Assembly (NCBI GenBank): GCA_030066755.1
Contig: JASJAX010000045.1
Location: 1 to 60,367 of the forward strand
Direction of reading: 5' to 3'
DNA from: Acidimicrobiia bacterium
Lineage (GTDB): Bacteria > Actinomycetota > Acidimicrobiia > Spongiisociales > UBA5794
DNA: 60,367 nt
The number at the start of each line of letters is the position of its first letter. Within the stretch, counting starts at the first letter, position 1. Both the position numbers and the translations under genes were made by a program. Positions 1-9,127 of the stretch are shown here, in pieces. The notes under the pieces are model-generated. The model had not been told where the DNA came from, made no database searches, and worked only from the letters and a program-made list of their open reading frames with translations.

Positions 1-77
1 ACACGCCGCCGGCCTGCCGGCGGCGAAACCAGCGGTAACGCTCTAGTGGGAGGGACCAGAGCGGGGGAGGGAGGGGA

Positions 78-500
78 TTACCGCTGTACGTCCACGGTCA
101 CCTTCCGAGGCAACACCTCGGGGCGCTTCGGGACGCTGATCTCGAGGATTCCGTCCTTGGACGTCGCTGTGATCGATTCGGCATCGACACCGTCGGGAAG
201 GAGCACGGTGCGCTTGAACTCACCTTCGAAGAGTTCGCGACGGTGATAGCCGCCTTCGAGCTCTTCGCTCGACTCGAAGGTCCTCGAGCCGCTGATCGTC
301 AGCGTGTCACCTTCGACGGTGACCTCGATGGCATCGGGATCGACACCGGGGACTTCGGCACGCACGACGAGCGTGTTCTCCTTGCCGAACACGTCGATGC
401 GGGGGAGCCACGTGTTGGCGCGGCGGCCGGGGCTGTCTTCGAACACGCGCTCGATGTCGCGCAGCATGCCCCACGGGTCGAACCGGACGAGATTGGTCAT
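78..500 (-). CDS. Hsp20/alpha-crystallin family small heat-shock protein
   Basis: The 140-aa ORF has an alpha-crystallin domain pattern (LVVRAEVPGVDPDAIEVTVEGDTLTISG ... GILEISVPK). A GGAGGAA RBS lies 4 nt upstream of the ATG at 500. Confidence 0.9.
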   Translation of the reverse strand: MTNLVRFDPWGMLRDIERVFEDSPGRRANTWLPRIDVFGKENTLVVRAEVPGVDPDAIEVTVEGDTLTISGSRTFESSEELEGGYHRRELFEGEFKRTVLLPDGVDAESITATSKDGILEISVPKRPEVLPRKVTVDVQR

Positions 501-556
501 GATTCCTCCAAGAGTGCGTTACCTCTTCAGGTAATACGATGGTACAACTCCAGATA

Positions 557-579
557 ATCTGAGTCTATTCCACTCAGAT
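557..579. promoter_or_regulatory. HAIR-like inverted repeat (candidate HspR operator) upstream of hsp20
   Basis: The sequence is ATCTGAGT-N7-ACTCAGAT, a perfect 8-bp inverted repeat. Its core CTGAGT-N7-ACTCAG matches the HAIR consensus CTTGAGT-N7-ACTCAAG in 6 of 7 positions per arm. It lies 57-79 nt upstream of the hsp20 start. Confidence 0.55.
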
Positions 580-711
580 CATACGTCAAGCCCTCTCGCG
601 TCGGGGCCAAACCCGGATTTCCGCCATCCGATGCGCCGGTCGGTCCGTAGACCACCCAAAGGAGCCCGGTCTGCAGGTGCGCAGGCGGGAACACACGAAA
701 GGAATCTCCTG

Positions 712-1509
712 ATGCGCAAGCTGACCATGCTGGTGGCGGTCCTCGCCCTGGCAATCATCCCTGCGGCCGGTGCGGTCGCGCAGAGCGGCGAAGGTCAGGT
801 CACCGTGGTCCACGGTGTGCCGGATCTTCTCGTCGACGTTTACGTCAACGGTGACCTCACGATCGAGGACTTCGAGTACGGCGATGTTGCCGGCCCGCTG
901 ACGCTGCCCGCCGGCTCGTATGACCTCGAGGTCTATCCGGCCGATGCCGATCCCGCCTCCTCCGATCCGGCCCTCGCCGGCTCGACCGACCTCCCGGCCG
1001 GTGCCTACGCGACCATCGCGGCGTACTTGCAGGAGGGTGGCGCCCCGACGCTCGGTGTGTTCGTTGAGAACAACTCCAACACCGATGCCGGTAACGCCCG
1101 TGTCACGGCCCGTCACCTCGCCGACTTCGGTGCGGTCGACGTCCTCGCCAACGACGGTGCGGTGTTCGAGGGTGTGACCAACGGCCTCGGCGGCGACGCC
1201 GACGTGCCCGCCGACACCTACAACATCAAGATCACGGCGGCTGGCGACGCCAACACCGTGGCCTTCGATGCCGACCTTCCGCTCGCTGAGGGCACCAACA
1301 CCATCGCTTATGCGATCGGCTCGGTGGCCGGCGGCTCCTTCCAGGTCGTCACGCAGACCATCACCGGTCTCCAGAGCGCCCCGGGTGGCGTTCCGACCGG
1401 CACCGGCGGTCTCTCCGGCACCGGCACCCCGGCTTGGCTGATCGCTGCCATGGGCCTCGGCCTCGTGGCGCTCGCTTCCGGCTCGGCCCTCGCTCGCCGC
1501 GAGAACTGA
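712..1509 (+). CDS. Secreted DUF4397-like protein with a C-terminal sortase sorting signal
   Basis: I place the start at the internal ATG 712, which is preceded by GAAAGGA and opens a signal peptide (MRKLTMLVAVLALAIIPAAGAVA). DUF4397-like repeats are present (VTVVHGVPDLLVDVYVNG ... GSYDLEVYPA). The C-terminus reads LSGTG, then a hydrophobic helix, then ARREN. A sortase gene lies immediately downstream. Confidence 0.8.
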   Translation: MRKLTMLVAVLALAIIPAAGAVAQSGEGQVTVVHGVPDLLVDVYVNGDLTIEDFEYGDVAGPLTLPAGSYDLEVYPADADPASSDPALAGSTDLPAGAYATIAAYLQEGGAPTLGVFVENNSNTDAGNARVTARHLADFGAVDVLANDGAVFEGVTNGLGGDADVPADTYNIKITAAGDANTVAFDADLPLAEGTNTIAYAIGSVAGGSFQVVTQTITGLQSAPGGVPTGTGGLSGTGTPAWLIAAMGLGLVALASGSALARREN

Positions 1510-1531
1510 TCCCGGTCAACAACGAACAACG

Positions 1532-1570
1532 AAACGGGGAGGGCCGGCGGAATGCCGGCTCTCCCCGTTT
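1532..1570 (+). terminator. Strong GC hairpin between the DUF4397 gene and the sortase gene
   Basis: AAACGGGGAG pairs with CTCCCCGTTT (perfect 10-bp stem), and an inner GCCGGC/GCCGGC stem sits inside it. It is followed by TTTAACGTT. It could be a terminator or attenuator. Confidence 0.55.
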
Positions 1571-1585
1571 AACGTTCGGACTCTC

Positions 1586-2320
1586 ATGCGTCGCCGCTTT
1601 GCCGCCTTCCTCGTAGCCATCGGGCTGATCCTGCTCGTGGTCTTGCCTGCGATCTGGCAGTTGACTCGTCCCGAGTCGGTCTTCGGCGACGTCGCCGCCA
1701 TCGAGGAGTCGCTCCGTGACACCGACTCAGCGGTGCTCCCGGCCGAGACCCCCGACGAACCGTTCGAACCCGCTCCGGGTGAAACGGGCGGCGAAGGGGC
1801 TGAGGGCGAGACATCCGACACGACGGCTCCGGTCGACCCCGTCCCGGGAGGGCTCCCAGTCGGGCTCCGGATCGGCTCGATCGACGTCGACGCCCCGATC
1901 GCACCGTTTGGCGTCGACCGGCGCACCGGCGACATGGACGTCCCGAACAACGTGACCGAGGTCGCCTGGTACAAGTTCGGTCCGCGACCCGGAGAGAACG
2001 GTTCGGCCGTTCTCGCAGCCCACGTCGACCTCGCGAGTCAAGGGCCCGGCGTGTTCTTCGACCTGAACACCCTCGAGCCGGGCGATCGGGTGACGGTCGA
2101 ATACGAGGGCGGCGAGGAGCTCGTGTTCCGTGTCACCGCCCGTATCACCTACGAGAAGACCGAACTGCCGCTCGATGTCATCTTCTCGCGGGAGGGTCCA
2201 ACGGTGCTGACCTTGATCACCTGCGGCGGCGGCTTCAACCGACAGGTACAGAGCTACGACAGCAACGTCGTGGTGTACGCAGTTCCCGACGATGGGTCGT
2301 CGGTCCCGGACCAGAGCTGA
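1586..2320 (+). CDS. Class F-type sortase (transpeptidase)
   Basis: There is an N-terminal TM anchor. Catalytic-type motifs are present: LAAHVD (His), TLITCGG (Cys), and an Arg region near the C-terminus. The length and layout are typical of actinobacterial class F sortases. Confidence 0.85.
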   Translation: MRRRFAAFLVAIGLILLVVLPAIWQLTRPESVFGDVAAIEESLRDTDSAVLPAETPDEPFEPAPGETGGEGAEGETSDTTAPVDPVPGGLPVGLRIGSIDVDAPIAPFGVDRRTGDMDVPNNVTEVAWYKFGPRPGENGSAVLAAHVDLASQGPGVFFDLNTLEPGDRVTVEYEGGEELVFRVTARITYEKTELPLDVIFSREGPTVLTLITCGGGFNRQVQSYDSNVVVYAVPDDGSSVPDQS

Positions 2321-2332
2321 ACCCTCGGACGA

Positions 2333-4357
2333 TCAGTTCCCGTTCACCACAAATCGCACGACGTGTTTCGTCGGATCGCGTCGTTTGTCGACATCACGGA
2401 CGAAGAGCCGTACCCGGTATCGGCCCTCGGGGAGCTCGCCGACCCATGACCACGCAATCGCTGGGTTCCTCCGTTGGTCGGCGAGTTGCACGAACCGGCG
2501 ATGCAGCGTTGCGGCAAACGTTCCGTCGGCCTGGAGATACTCCTTGGTGTCGCGGTTCTGAACGATGAGCCGCACCTTGTCGACGCCCCGGTCGTCCCAC
2601 GCGATCCCGGAGAATCGGACGACCGCGCCGACGGTTTCGGATTCGCTCGGCCGGTCGATGTACCCATCCGGCGACGCAAGAGCAGATCCGTTGCTCGCAG
2701 TCACGGTGGCAACGGCAGGCGATCGGTCGCGGCGCCCGGCTCCGTCAACTGCGGTCGCCGTGATGGTGTATGCGCCGGGTGCGAGATCGAGCAGGGCATG
2801 GGTCGCCGCACTGGTCGATCCGATGCCAATCACGAGCGGAGACAGATCGACCGCTGCCGTGCGGAACACCCCGTCGGGGTGGAGGAAGCGGCCGGCGGCA
2901 TCGGTGACGGTCACCTCGATGTCCTCGACACCGTGATCGTCGGTTGCGACCACGCGCAATGGAACAACCCGGCCGACGGTCGACTCGTCACCGGGTGCCA
3001 CGATCGTGGTGGTCGGCCGCGTCCCTGCCGGTGGGGTCGGGCGGGGAAGCGGGAAGAAGGCGTGGCGTTCGAGTGGGATGCCGCCGAAACGCTCCCCATC
3101 GGAACCGGCGAGCAACCCGCGGTCGGTCGTCCGCAACGCCAAGACCCCGCGGAGACCTCCTGCACCGGGGTCCCAAGGGAGCGCCGTCCCGTCGACGGGG
3201 TTCAGGGCCATGATCTGGTCACGGGCAACCGTGCCCGGCGGCTGGACATCGGTGTTGCCGTTCGGGAAGTCCGTCCAAACGGTCCCCGGGGCCATGGCCC
3301 ACCGCATGTGGCCGCCGACGTAGACCGCTTTATCGGACACGGCCAACGCTTCCGGCGTGTCGAAGGTTCGACTGATCCAATCGGGTTTGACCTCACCGTC
3401 GGCATCGACGGGGAAACGAATGACGGTGTCGCAGCCGGGTGCGAAGTTCCCGATGGCGGAGGCGACGACGACGTAGGACCCATCTGGGGAGAACTGGACG
3501 TCGCGCATCAAGGGCCGCTGGTACTGGGGATACCAAGCCTGGCAATCGAAGTCGTAGATGTCGGTCCTCCAGGGAAGGACTTCTGCGACGTCGCCGCTGA
3601 TGTCGATGAGCGCAACCCCTTGCCGAGGCAGGCCGTCGACGAACCGATCGTTGTGCACCGATGCGAGCGTTCGCCCATTGGGGGAGACGTCAATCCCTCG
3701 AACGGAAAAGGCCCCGTCGTAGCCCGTACCGCCGGTGATCGGCAGGTTGAAGCCGTTGTCGACGGCGCCCGTCGTCAGGTTCACCGCCGCCAGCAGTCTC
3801 CGGGACCTGGCATTGACGGTGGTGAACGATCCTCCGAAGAACACCCGTTCCCCGGCGACAGCGACGTCCAGGACATTGCCGTTGGCGTCGGCGACGAACC
3901 GCTCATCGAGCGACCCGTTCGTGAGTCGGAGTTTGGCGACATGCCCACGTGGCGTGCCGTTGACGGTCTCGAATCGTCCGACGGCGATGACGGTGGCGTC
4001 ACTGCCATCGGCCAGGCTGTTCACCGCCCGGTCGAGCGTGGGGGTGAAGCCGGCGTCCAGTCGTCCGGTGTGGAGGTCGTACGACGCGAGGTAGCGCTGT
4101 TCGACCACGCCGAGTGCAGCATCACGTACCCGAGTGAAGGTCCCGCCGACGATGACTCGATTACCAACCTGGAGTCCGGCGAGCACTTCACCGTTGAGGA
4201 ACTGCGGGGTGGTGCCGAGTGGGGTCTCGCCGACGACGGCGTCGTGGTCGACGCCGGTTCCGGCGGCCGGCACCGGGGCGGCCATCACGACTGCGAGCAC
4301 GACCGCAATCAGCGCACTACGGATGCTCTCGGATTCGCGCTTGCGCCGGCGCACCAC
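2333..4357 (-). CDS. Secreted repeat protein: delta-60-like beta-propeller repeats plus C-terminal Ig-like domains
   Basis: The gene has a GTG start and a signal-like N-terminus (IAVVLAVVMAAPVPAAG). G-x-L/V-D-x-x-F motifs recur about every 58 aa (GRLDAGF, GSLDERF, GAVDNGF). The C-terminal ~200 aa have an Ig-like beta-sandwich pattern. The family assignment is approximate. Confidence 0.6.
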   Translation of the reverse strand: MVRRRKRESESIRSALIAVVLAVVMAAPVPAAGTGVDHDAVVGETPLGTTPQFLNGEVLAGLQVGNRVIVGGTFTRVRDAALGVVEQRYLASYDLHTGRLDAGFTPTLDRAVNSLADGSDATVIAVGRFETVNGTPRGHVAKLRLTNGSLDERFVADANGNVLDVAVAGERVFFGGSFTTVNARSRRLLAAVNLTTGAVDNGFNLPITGGTGYDGAFSVRGIDVSPNGRTLASVHNDRFVDGLPRQGVALIDISGDVAEVLPWRTDIYDFDCQAWYPQYQRPLMRDVQFSPDGSYVVVASAIGNFAPGCDTVIRFPVDADGEVKPDWISRTFDTPEALAVSDKAVYVGGHMRWAMAPGTVWTDFPNGNTDVQPPGTVARDQIMALNPVDGTALPWDPGAGGLRGVLALRTTDRGLLAGSDGERFGGIPLERHAFFPLPRPTPPAGTRPTTTIVAPGDESTVGRVVPLRVVATDDHGVEDIEVTVTDAAGRFLHPDGVFRTAAVDLSPLVIGIGSTSAATHALLDLAPGAYTITATAVDGAGRRDRSPAVATVTASNGSALASPDGYIDRPSESETVGAVVRFSGIAWDDRGVDKVRLIVQNRDTKEYLQADGTFAATLHRRFVQLADQRRNPAIAWSWVGELPEGRYRVRLFVRDVDKRRDPTKHVVRFVVNGN

Positions 4358-4482
4358 TTCCCCTTCACGGCACGGACGAGTCCGGCCCGAGGTTACCGGC
4401 GTGATCAGAGCCTGCTGCGGACCGTCGAGGCCCGACGATCGTCAGGTTTCGGAGGCCGACCGGTTGGCCGTAGGCTGGAGTC

Positions 4483-5277
4483 GTGGCGTTCATCCTCCTC
4501 ACCAATGACGACGGGGTCCATTCCCCCGCGCTCGTGCCGTTCGCCAAGGCACTCGGCGAAATCGCCCATGTCGAGGTCGTGGTTCCCGATCGGGAACGGA
4601 GTTGGATCGGCAAGGCGATCACCCGGCACGACCCCGTTGAAGTGACCGAGCTTCAGCGTGAAGGCGTCACCATGTACGCCACGACGGGCTACCCCGCCGA
4701 CTGCACCCAGATCGGCGCCCATTCGCTGTTTCCCGACACGCCGGATCTCGTGGTGTCCGGAATCAACATCGGCTACAACCACGGTCTCGCATTCATGATG
4801 TCGAGTGGAACCGTTGGCGCTGCCGCCGAGGCGTGGGTGTCTGGTCTTCCCTCGGTTGCCGTCTCCGCCGGAACGGTCCGTGAGGAGTGGGCCGTGTGGT
4901 CGAAGTGGGTGTGGGAGGACGAGGCGCGTGAGATGTGGGAGCGGCTCGCCGCAGTGGCCGCTCCGCTCGTCGGAGCACTGCTCGAGCACGACTATCCCGA
5001 CGACGCCGATGTCGTCTCGATCAACATGCCCGCGGCGTCCACGCCGGAGACCCCGCGACGTATCACCAGCTTGGCTCGGATTGGTTATGACCGGCTCTTC
5101 GCTCCGATGGGCGGCGGGCGGTTCCGCCATGAGTTCGGAGGTGGCTTCCGGGAGATGGCCGGGCTCGACGGATCGGACGTCGAAGCCGCGGGGGACCGAA
5201 CCATCTCGATCACTCCGCTCAAGATGCCGACGTCCGGTTCGATCACCGAGGAGCTGCGCACCGCCTGGGACGCGTGA
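4483..5277 (+). CDS. surE: 5'/3'-nucleotidase SurE
   Basis: The N-terminus carries the ILLTNDDG signature. INIGYN and the remaining SurE fold pattern are present. The start codon is GTG. Confidence 0.85.
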   Translation: MAFILLTNDDGVHSPALVPFAKALGEIAHVEVVVPDRERSWIGKAITRHDPVEVTELQREGVTMYATTGYPADCTQIGAHSLFPDTPDLVVSGINIGYNHGLAFMMSSGTVGAAAEAWVSGLPSVAVSAGTVREEWAVWSKWVWEDEAREMWERLAAVAAPLVGALLEHDYPDDADVVSINMPAASTPETPRRITSLARIGYDRLFAPMGGGRFRHEFGGGFREMAGLDGSDVEAAGDRTISITPLKMPTSGSITEELRTAWDA

Positions 5278-5433
5278 CCCGTCACTCGATCCGCCTCTTC
5301 CGCCCTCGACCGACAGAGATGGGGAACCTCTTCGGTGCATCGGGCCATCCAAATATGTGCCAGCCGTCGTATACCTTGAGAAGCGACAAAACCCGCCGAC
5401 ATCACAGATGACGGAAACGAAGACGGAGCCGAC

Positions 5434-5622
5434 ATGAACGACGCAGCCACCATGAACGCAGAGCTGATCGAGTACATCGACTCGTGGTTGGACGAGAACT
5501 CTTGGCGTCTCGACCAGCGCACGCTCGACTTTGCGCTCGACGTGCGTCTCATGGCCTCCGGCATGTCGTTCGAGCCCGTTCCCGACGCCCCCGAGTGGGT
5601 TGCGTCGATGGCCGGCGTCTAA
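5434..5622 (+). CDS. Small hypothetical protein (62 aa)
   Basis: GC3 bias is high across the ORF and ACGGAG lies upstream. I recognise no family. The 3' end overlaps the TetR stop by 4 nt (convergent genes). Confidence 0.4.
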   Translation: MNDAATMNAELIEYIDSWLDENSWRLDQRTLDFALDVRLMASGMSFEPVPDAPEWVASMAGV

Positions 5623-6245
5623 GCAGCGCCACCCTCGGCTTCGACCAACTCGGTCTGCGACACCTCGAACACGCCCTCGAGCAGGGTGCCCAAGTCCTCA
5701 TCAGTGAACTTCGATGGGGCTCCCGTCAGCCACAGCGTGGCCATTCCGTGAACGGTCGCCCACGCCGACATCGCCACGTGCATCGGGTTCTTGTCTCCGA
5801 CCAGACCGGCCTCGGCGACCTGCCTCACGGCTTCGAGCAGGACGGCAAACGCACGGCGGCCGGCGTCGTCGAGCTCCGGGTCCTCGGAGTGATGGAGCTC
5901 CTCGCGAAACATGATCTCGAAGTACTCGTTGCGTTCGAGGGCGAACGAGACGTAGGCCCGTCCGATCGCTTGGAACGCGGCTCGCGGGTCGGGCGCTGAG
6001 TCGAGCGCCGTCTGCATCTGCTCCCGAAAGATCTCGAATCCGCGGGTCGCATACGCCGTCAGCAGCCCGTTCTTGTCGCCGAAGTGGTGGGCGGGCGCCG
6101 AGTGGGATACGCCGGCGCGTCGTGCGGCCTCGCGGAGGCTGACGGCACCGACACCCGAGTCGCGGATGATTTCACCCACGGCGTCGAGTAGAGCCGTCCG
6201 GAGATCGCCGTGGTGGTAGGCCTGCTTCCCCTTGGTCATTTCCAT
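5619..6245 (-). CDS. TetR/AcrR family transcriptional regulator
   Basis: The N-terminal HTH reads LREAARRAGVSHSAPAHHFGDKNGLL. The gene is divergent from an MMPL transporter gene. Confidence 0.9.
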   Translation of the reverse strand: MEMTKGKQAYHHGDLRTALLDAVGEIIRDSGVGAVSLREAARRAGVSHSAPAHHFGDKNGLLTAYATRGFEIFREQMQTALDSAPDPRAAFQAIGRAYVSFALERNEYFEIMFREELHHSEDPELDDAGRRAFAVLLEAVRQVAEAGLVGDKNPMHVAMSAWATVHGMATLWLTGAPSKFTDEDLGTLLEGVFEVSQTELVEAEGGAA

Positions 6246-6268
6246 CCCTGGTTCGATCGCTCCACACT

Positions 6269-6317
6269 ATATCTTGACATCGTCAACATCATGTGCTGAT
6301 ATCTTGACATTGTCAAC
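6269..6317. promoter_or_regulatory. Two tandem 19-bp operator-like repeats in the TetR/MMPL intergenic region
   Basis: The copies are ATATCTTGACATCGTCAAC (6269-6287) and ATATCTTGACATTGTCAAC (6299-6317), 18 of 19 positions identical and exactly 30 bp apart. Each contains a 13-bp palindrome TTGACA-T-(T/C)GTCAA. Confidence 0.6.
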
Positions 6318-6366
6318 TAGTCACTGTCTAGATCTTCGGTGACGAGATGAGGGAGAGACATCCGCC

Positions 6367-9084
6367 ATGCACGCCGCACCACACCGCACGACTCGCTTGA
6401 CCAGCTGGTTGGCCGACCGGGCAACCGCCGTGATCATCACGGCGATGCTCGTGACGGCCATCCTGGCATTGCCGTTCCTGACGATGGAACCGACCGAATC
6501 GGCTTCCCAGGAGCCGCCGGGACCGGTGTTCGAGGCGAGGGACCAGATCGAGGACGAGTTCGCCTCGTCGGTGTTCACGACGTTCACGATTGTCGAAGAT
6601 CGCAACGGTGACATCCTGCGAGCCGAGCCCCTGCGGGCGCTCCTGGCCGCCCAGGATGCCCTTCGTCAGGATCCTGAGCTGGGTCCGACCCTCTTCACGT
6701 ACTTCGATGCGACCGACCAAGCCGAGGTCGTGGGGATGCGATCGATCGCCGACATCATCGACGAGCGATTGGACGGCGGACTCGCCGCTGCGTCCGACGA
6801 ATCGGTCAAAGCGGTTGCGGCGCAACTCATCTCCGACCGCGGGGTGGCCGAACTCGGATTGTCCGCAGCAACGACACGGGATGCCGGCGGAATGCTCGTC
6901 GCACCGGCAGCGATCTTCCCGATCCTTTCCGACGACACCGTTTTGGGGTTCGGCGGGGCCGGGGTTCGCCTCGGCACCGACACTGCCTCGGAGGAGTACA
7001 GCCGGTCGGTGATCGAGGCCATCAGGGCCGACGGGGCGAGCTACTCGGCATGGGGGGTCGCCAACGATGTCAACCTCACCGCCGCAGAGCAGGGCGAGGC
7101 AGCCGGTCCGTTCATCGGCTTCACGATCCTCGCCGTGCTGCTCGTGGTCGGGTTCACCTTCCGCAGCTACTGGGTTTTGGCGGTCACCGGTGGTGCACTC
7201 GCCGCCCTGATCATCTGGCTGCAAGGCATCAGCAACCTGATCGGGCTGAAGGACGACCTCATCCTCTCGCTGATCGTGCCGATCGCCATGATCTCCTTCG
7301 GAGTCGACTTCACCTTCCACGCAGTCGGCCGATACCGCGAGGCTCGGCTGGAAGGTCGCAGGCCGCGGGCGGCGTTCTCGATCGGGATCGCAGCCGTCGC
7401 CGGAGCACTCGTACTCGCCTTGGCATCCGACAGCGGGGCGTTCCTCGCCAACACCGTGGCGCCGATCGAGTCCATCTATCAGTTCGGCCTCGGTGCGGCG
7501 ATTGCCCTGGTGGCCGCCTTCGTGCTGCTCGGGATCGTCACGCCGCTGGCCGTGATGAAGATCGAGGAGAAGGTCGGTTCGCCGGCTCCCACCCGACGCT
7601 CCCGGATCGCCGCCATCGCCGGATCCGGCCTCGCCGGAAGTCTCGCAATGACGTCGGTGTTGCTCAGCGTGTTCATTCTCCCCGCCGGTGGGCTGGTTGC
7701 GCTGGCCGTCTATCTCGTCGCCGCCGTCTGGCTGCCGTATCGGCTGGCGCGGCCTGGAACCGATGCACTCCACTCACTCGACGGTCCGGCAACGACCGGT
7801 CGGGGGACCCGCTTCGTCGGCGCTTTCGTCACGCGCATTGCACATGCTCGGCGGCCGGTCCTAGCGGTCGTCGCCGTGGCCACCGTTGCGGCGGCGCTGC
7901 TCGCCGTGCGAGTCCCGACCGAGTTCGATGTGAAGGACTTCTTCGCCCCGGACACCGACTTCGTGGTCGGGCTCGACAAGCTCGACGAACACGGAGGCGC
8001 CCAGGCCGGCGAGCCCGCCGCGATCCTCGTCGACGCCGACTTGACCGATCCATCCTCCGTGGCGTCACTCCAGTCATTCGTGACGGAGTTCGAGCAGCTC
8101 GACTCAGATCGGTTCGGCCGCGTTGATGACGGCCGGATCGACATCGATGGTGGTGTACTCGAGGTGATCAGGGAGGTGTGGGCCAGCCCCGCGGCTCAGG
8201 CGGCGATCGCCGGCGCCACTGGTGTCACGTTGAGCGACGTCGATGGTGACGGTGTCCCCGACACCTCCGAACAGCTTTCAGCGCTGTACGGGTTCACTCG
8301 CCAAGCGGGCGTGCCGTTCGATGCGGTCAACCTCACACGAACCCCGGACGGTGTTCGGAGCGTCCTGTCAGAGTCCGGCGGAACGGTGCTTCAGGTGCCG
8401 TTGCCGGGTTCCCGGCAGGTGGAGAACATCTCAGGGGCCCGCAGCGACGCTGCCCCGCTCGTCGCCGCCTTCAATTCGGAGCTGTCGGCGATCGACTCCG
8501 ATGCAACGGTGACCTTCACGGGCAGTCCGATTGCCCGTCAGGAGGCGCTCGATGCGATCTCGCAGGCGCTGCGGATCGGCCTCCCGATCGCCGTGCTCGT
8601 GTGTCTGCTGATCGCTGCCACCTTCATGCGATCGATCCGGTTCGCTCTGGTCAGCATCGTTCCGATCCTCATTGTGGTCACCTGGCTGTACGCCTTGATG
8701 TTCGCCGCCGGCTTTGCGATCAACCTCGTGACGGCAACCATCGGCGCCGTCTCGATCGGGATCGGCATCGACTTCGCGATTCACTTCACGATGCGATACC
8801 GCGAGGAGCTGGATCGCTCAGGAGTTCGCGACGTTGCGGTCCGTGCCGCGGCCGAGGGCACCGGGGTTGCGCTGATTGCCTCGGCAATCTCGTCGATGCT
8901 CGGCTTTGCGATTCTCGCCTTCGCCCCGATGCCGTTGTTCGCCTCCTATGGCCTCCTCACTGCAGTGATGATCGCCATGGCGGCCGCAGCGTCGCTGCTC
9001 GTGCTGCCGTCGCTGCTGGTACTCGTCACGCGTGACGCCGCCGAGCCCACGGTTCTGGAGTCTGCGCTGCCCGACGTCGCCTGA
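6367..9084 (+). CDS. MMPL/RND-superfamily membrane transporter
   Basis: The 905-aa protein has two blocks of about 6 TM helices, each followed by a large soluble loop, which is the MMPL-type layout. It is paired with the divergent TetR gene. Confidence 0.85.
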   Translation: MHAAPHRTTRLTSWLADRATAVIITAMLVTAILALPFLTMEPTESASQEPPGPVFEARDQIEDEFASSVFTTFTIVEDRNGDILRAEPLRALLAAQDALRQDPELGPTLFTYFDATDQAEVVGMRSIADIIDERLDGGLAAASDESVKAVAAQLISDRGVAELGLSAATTRDAGGMLVAPAAIFPILSDDTVLGFGGAGVRLGTDTASEEYSRSVIEAIRADGASYSAWGVANDVNLTAAEQGEAAGPFIGFTILAVLLVVGFTFRSYWVLAVTGGALAALIIWLQGISNLIGLKDDLILSLIVPIAMISFGVDFTFHAVGRYREARLEGRRPRAAFSIGIAAVAGALVLALASDSGAFLANTVAPIESIYQFGLGAAIALVAAFVLLGIVTPLAVMKIEEKVGSPAPTRRSRIAAIAGSGLAGSLAMTSVLLSVFILPAGGLVALAVYLVAAVWLPYRLARPGTDALHSLDGPATTGRGTRFVGAFVTRIAHARRPVLAVVAVATVAAALLAVRVPTEFDVKDFFAPDTDFVVGLDKLDEHGGAQAGEPAAILVDADLTDPSSVASLQSFVTEFEQLDSDRFGRVDDGRIDIDGGVLEVIREVWASPAAQAAIAGATGVTLSDVDGDGVPDTSEQLSALYGFTRQAGVPFDAVNLTRTPDGVRSVLSESGGTVLQVPLPGSRQVENISGARSDAAPLVAAFNSELSAIDSDATVTFTGSPIARQEALDAISQALRIGLPIAVLVCLLIAATFMRSIRFALVSIVPILIVVTWLYALMFAAGFAINLVTATIGAVSIGIGIDFAIHFTMRYREELDRSGVRDVAVRAAAEGTGVALIASAISSMLGFAILAFAPMPLFASYGLLTAVMIAMAAAASLLVLPSLLVLVTRDAAEPTVLESALPDVA

Positions 9085-9094
9085 TTGGATCAAG

Positions 9095-9127
9095 GAGATG
9101 GGAGGGGCCCGGCGCCTCTCCCATCTC
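9095..9127. terminator. Bidirectional hairpin between convergent genes
   Basis: GAGATGGGAG pairs with CTCCCATCTC (perfect 10-bp stem) around a GC-rich inner stem. It sits between the MMPL stop and the EspG-like stop. Confidence 0.5.

Noticed and set aside
2474-4645. Long ORFs antisense to, or out of frame with, confidently assigned genes. Examples are 2474-4645 (+), 6328-7773 (-), 8818-10047 (-), 12121-13251 (-), 14086-15210 (-), 30767-32719 (+), 35818-37569 (+), 37494-38325 (+), 41331-42599 (-), 44803-45933 (-), 47232-48059 (-) and 58757-59890 (-).
   Set aside because: These are typical shadow ORFs of GC-rich DNA. Their translations are Arg/Gly/Pro/Ala-rich low-complexity sequence with no recognisable motifs. 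The opposite or alternate frame encodes proteins with clear family signatures and proper GC3 bias.
6245-6262. A GGTTCGATCGC string resembling a tRNA T-loop.
   Set aside because: No complementary T-stem, acceptor stem or anticodon arm can be drawn around it. It lies directly against the TetR start codon.
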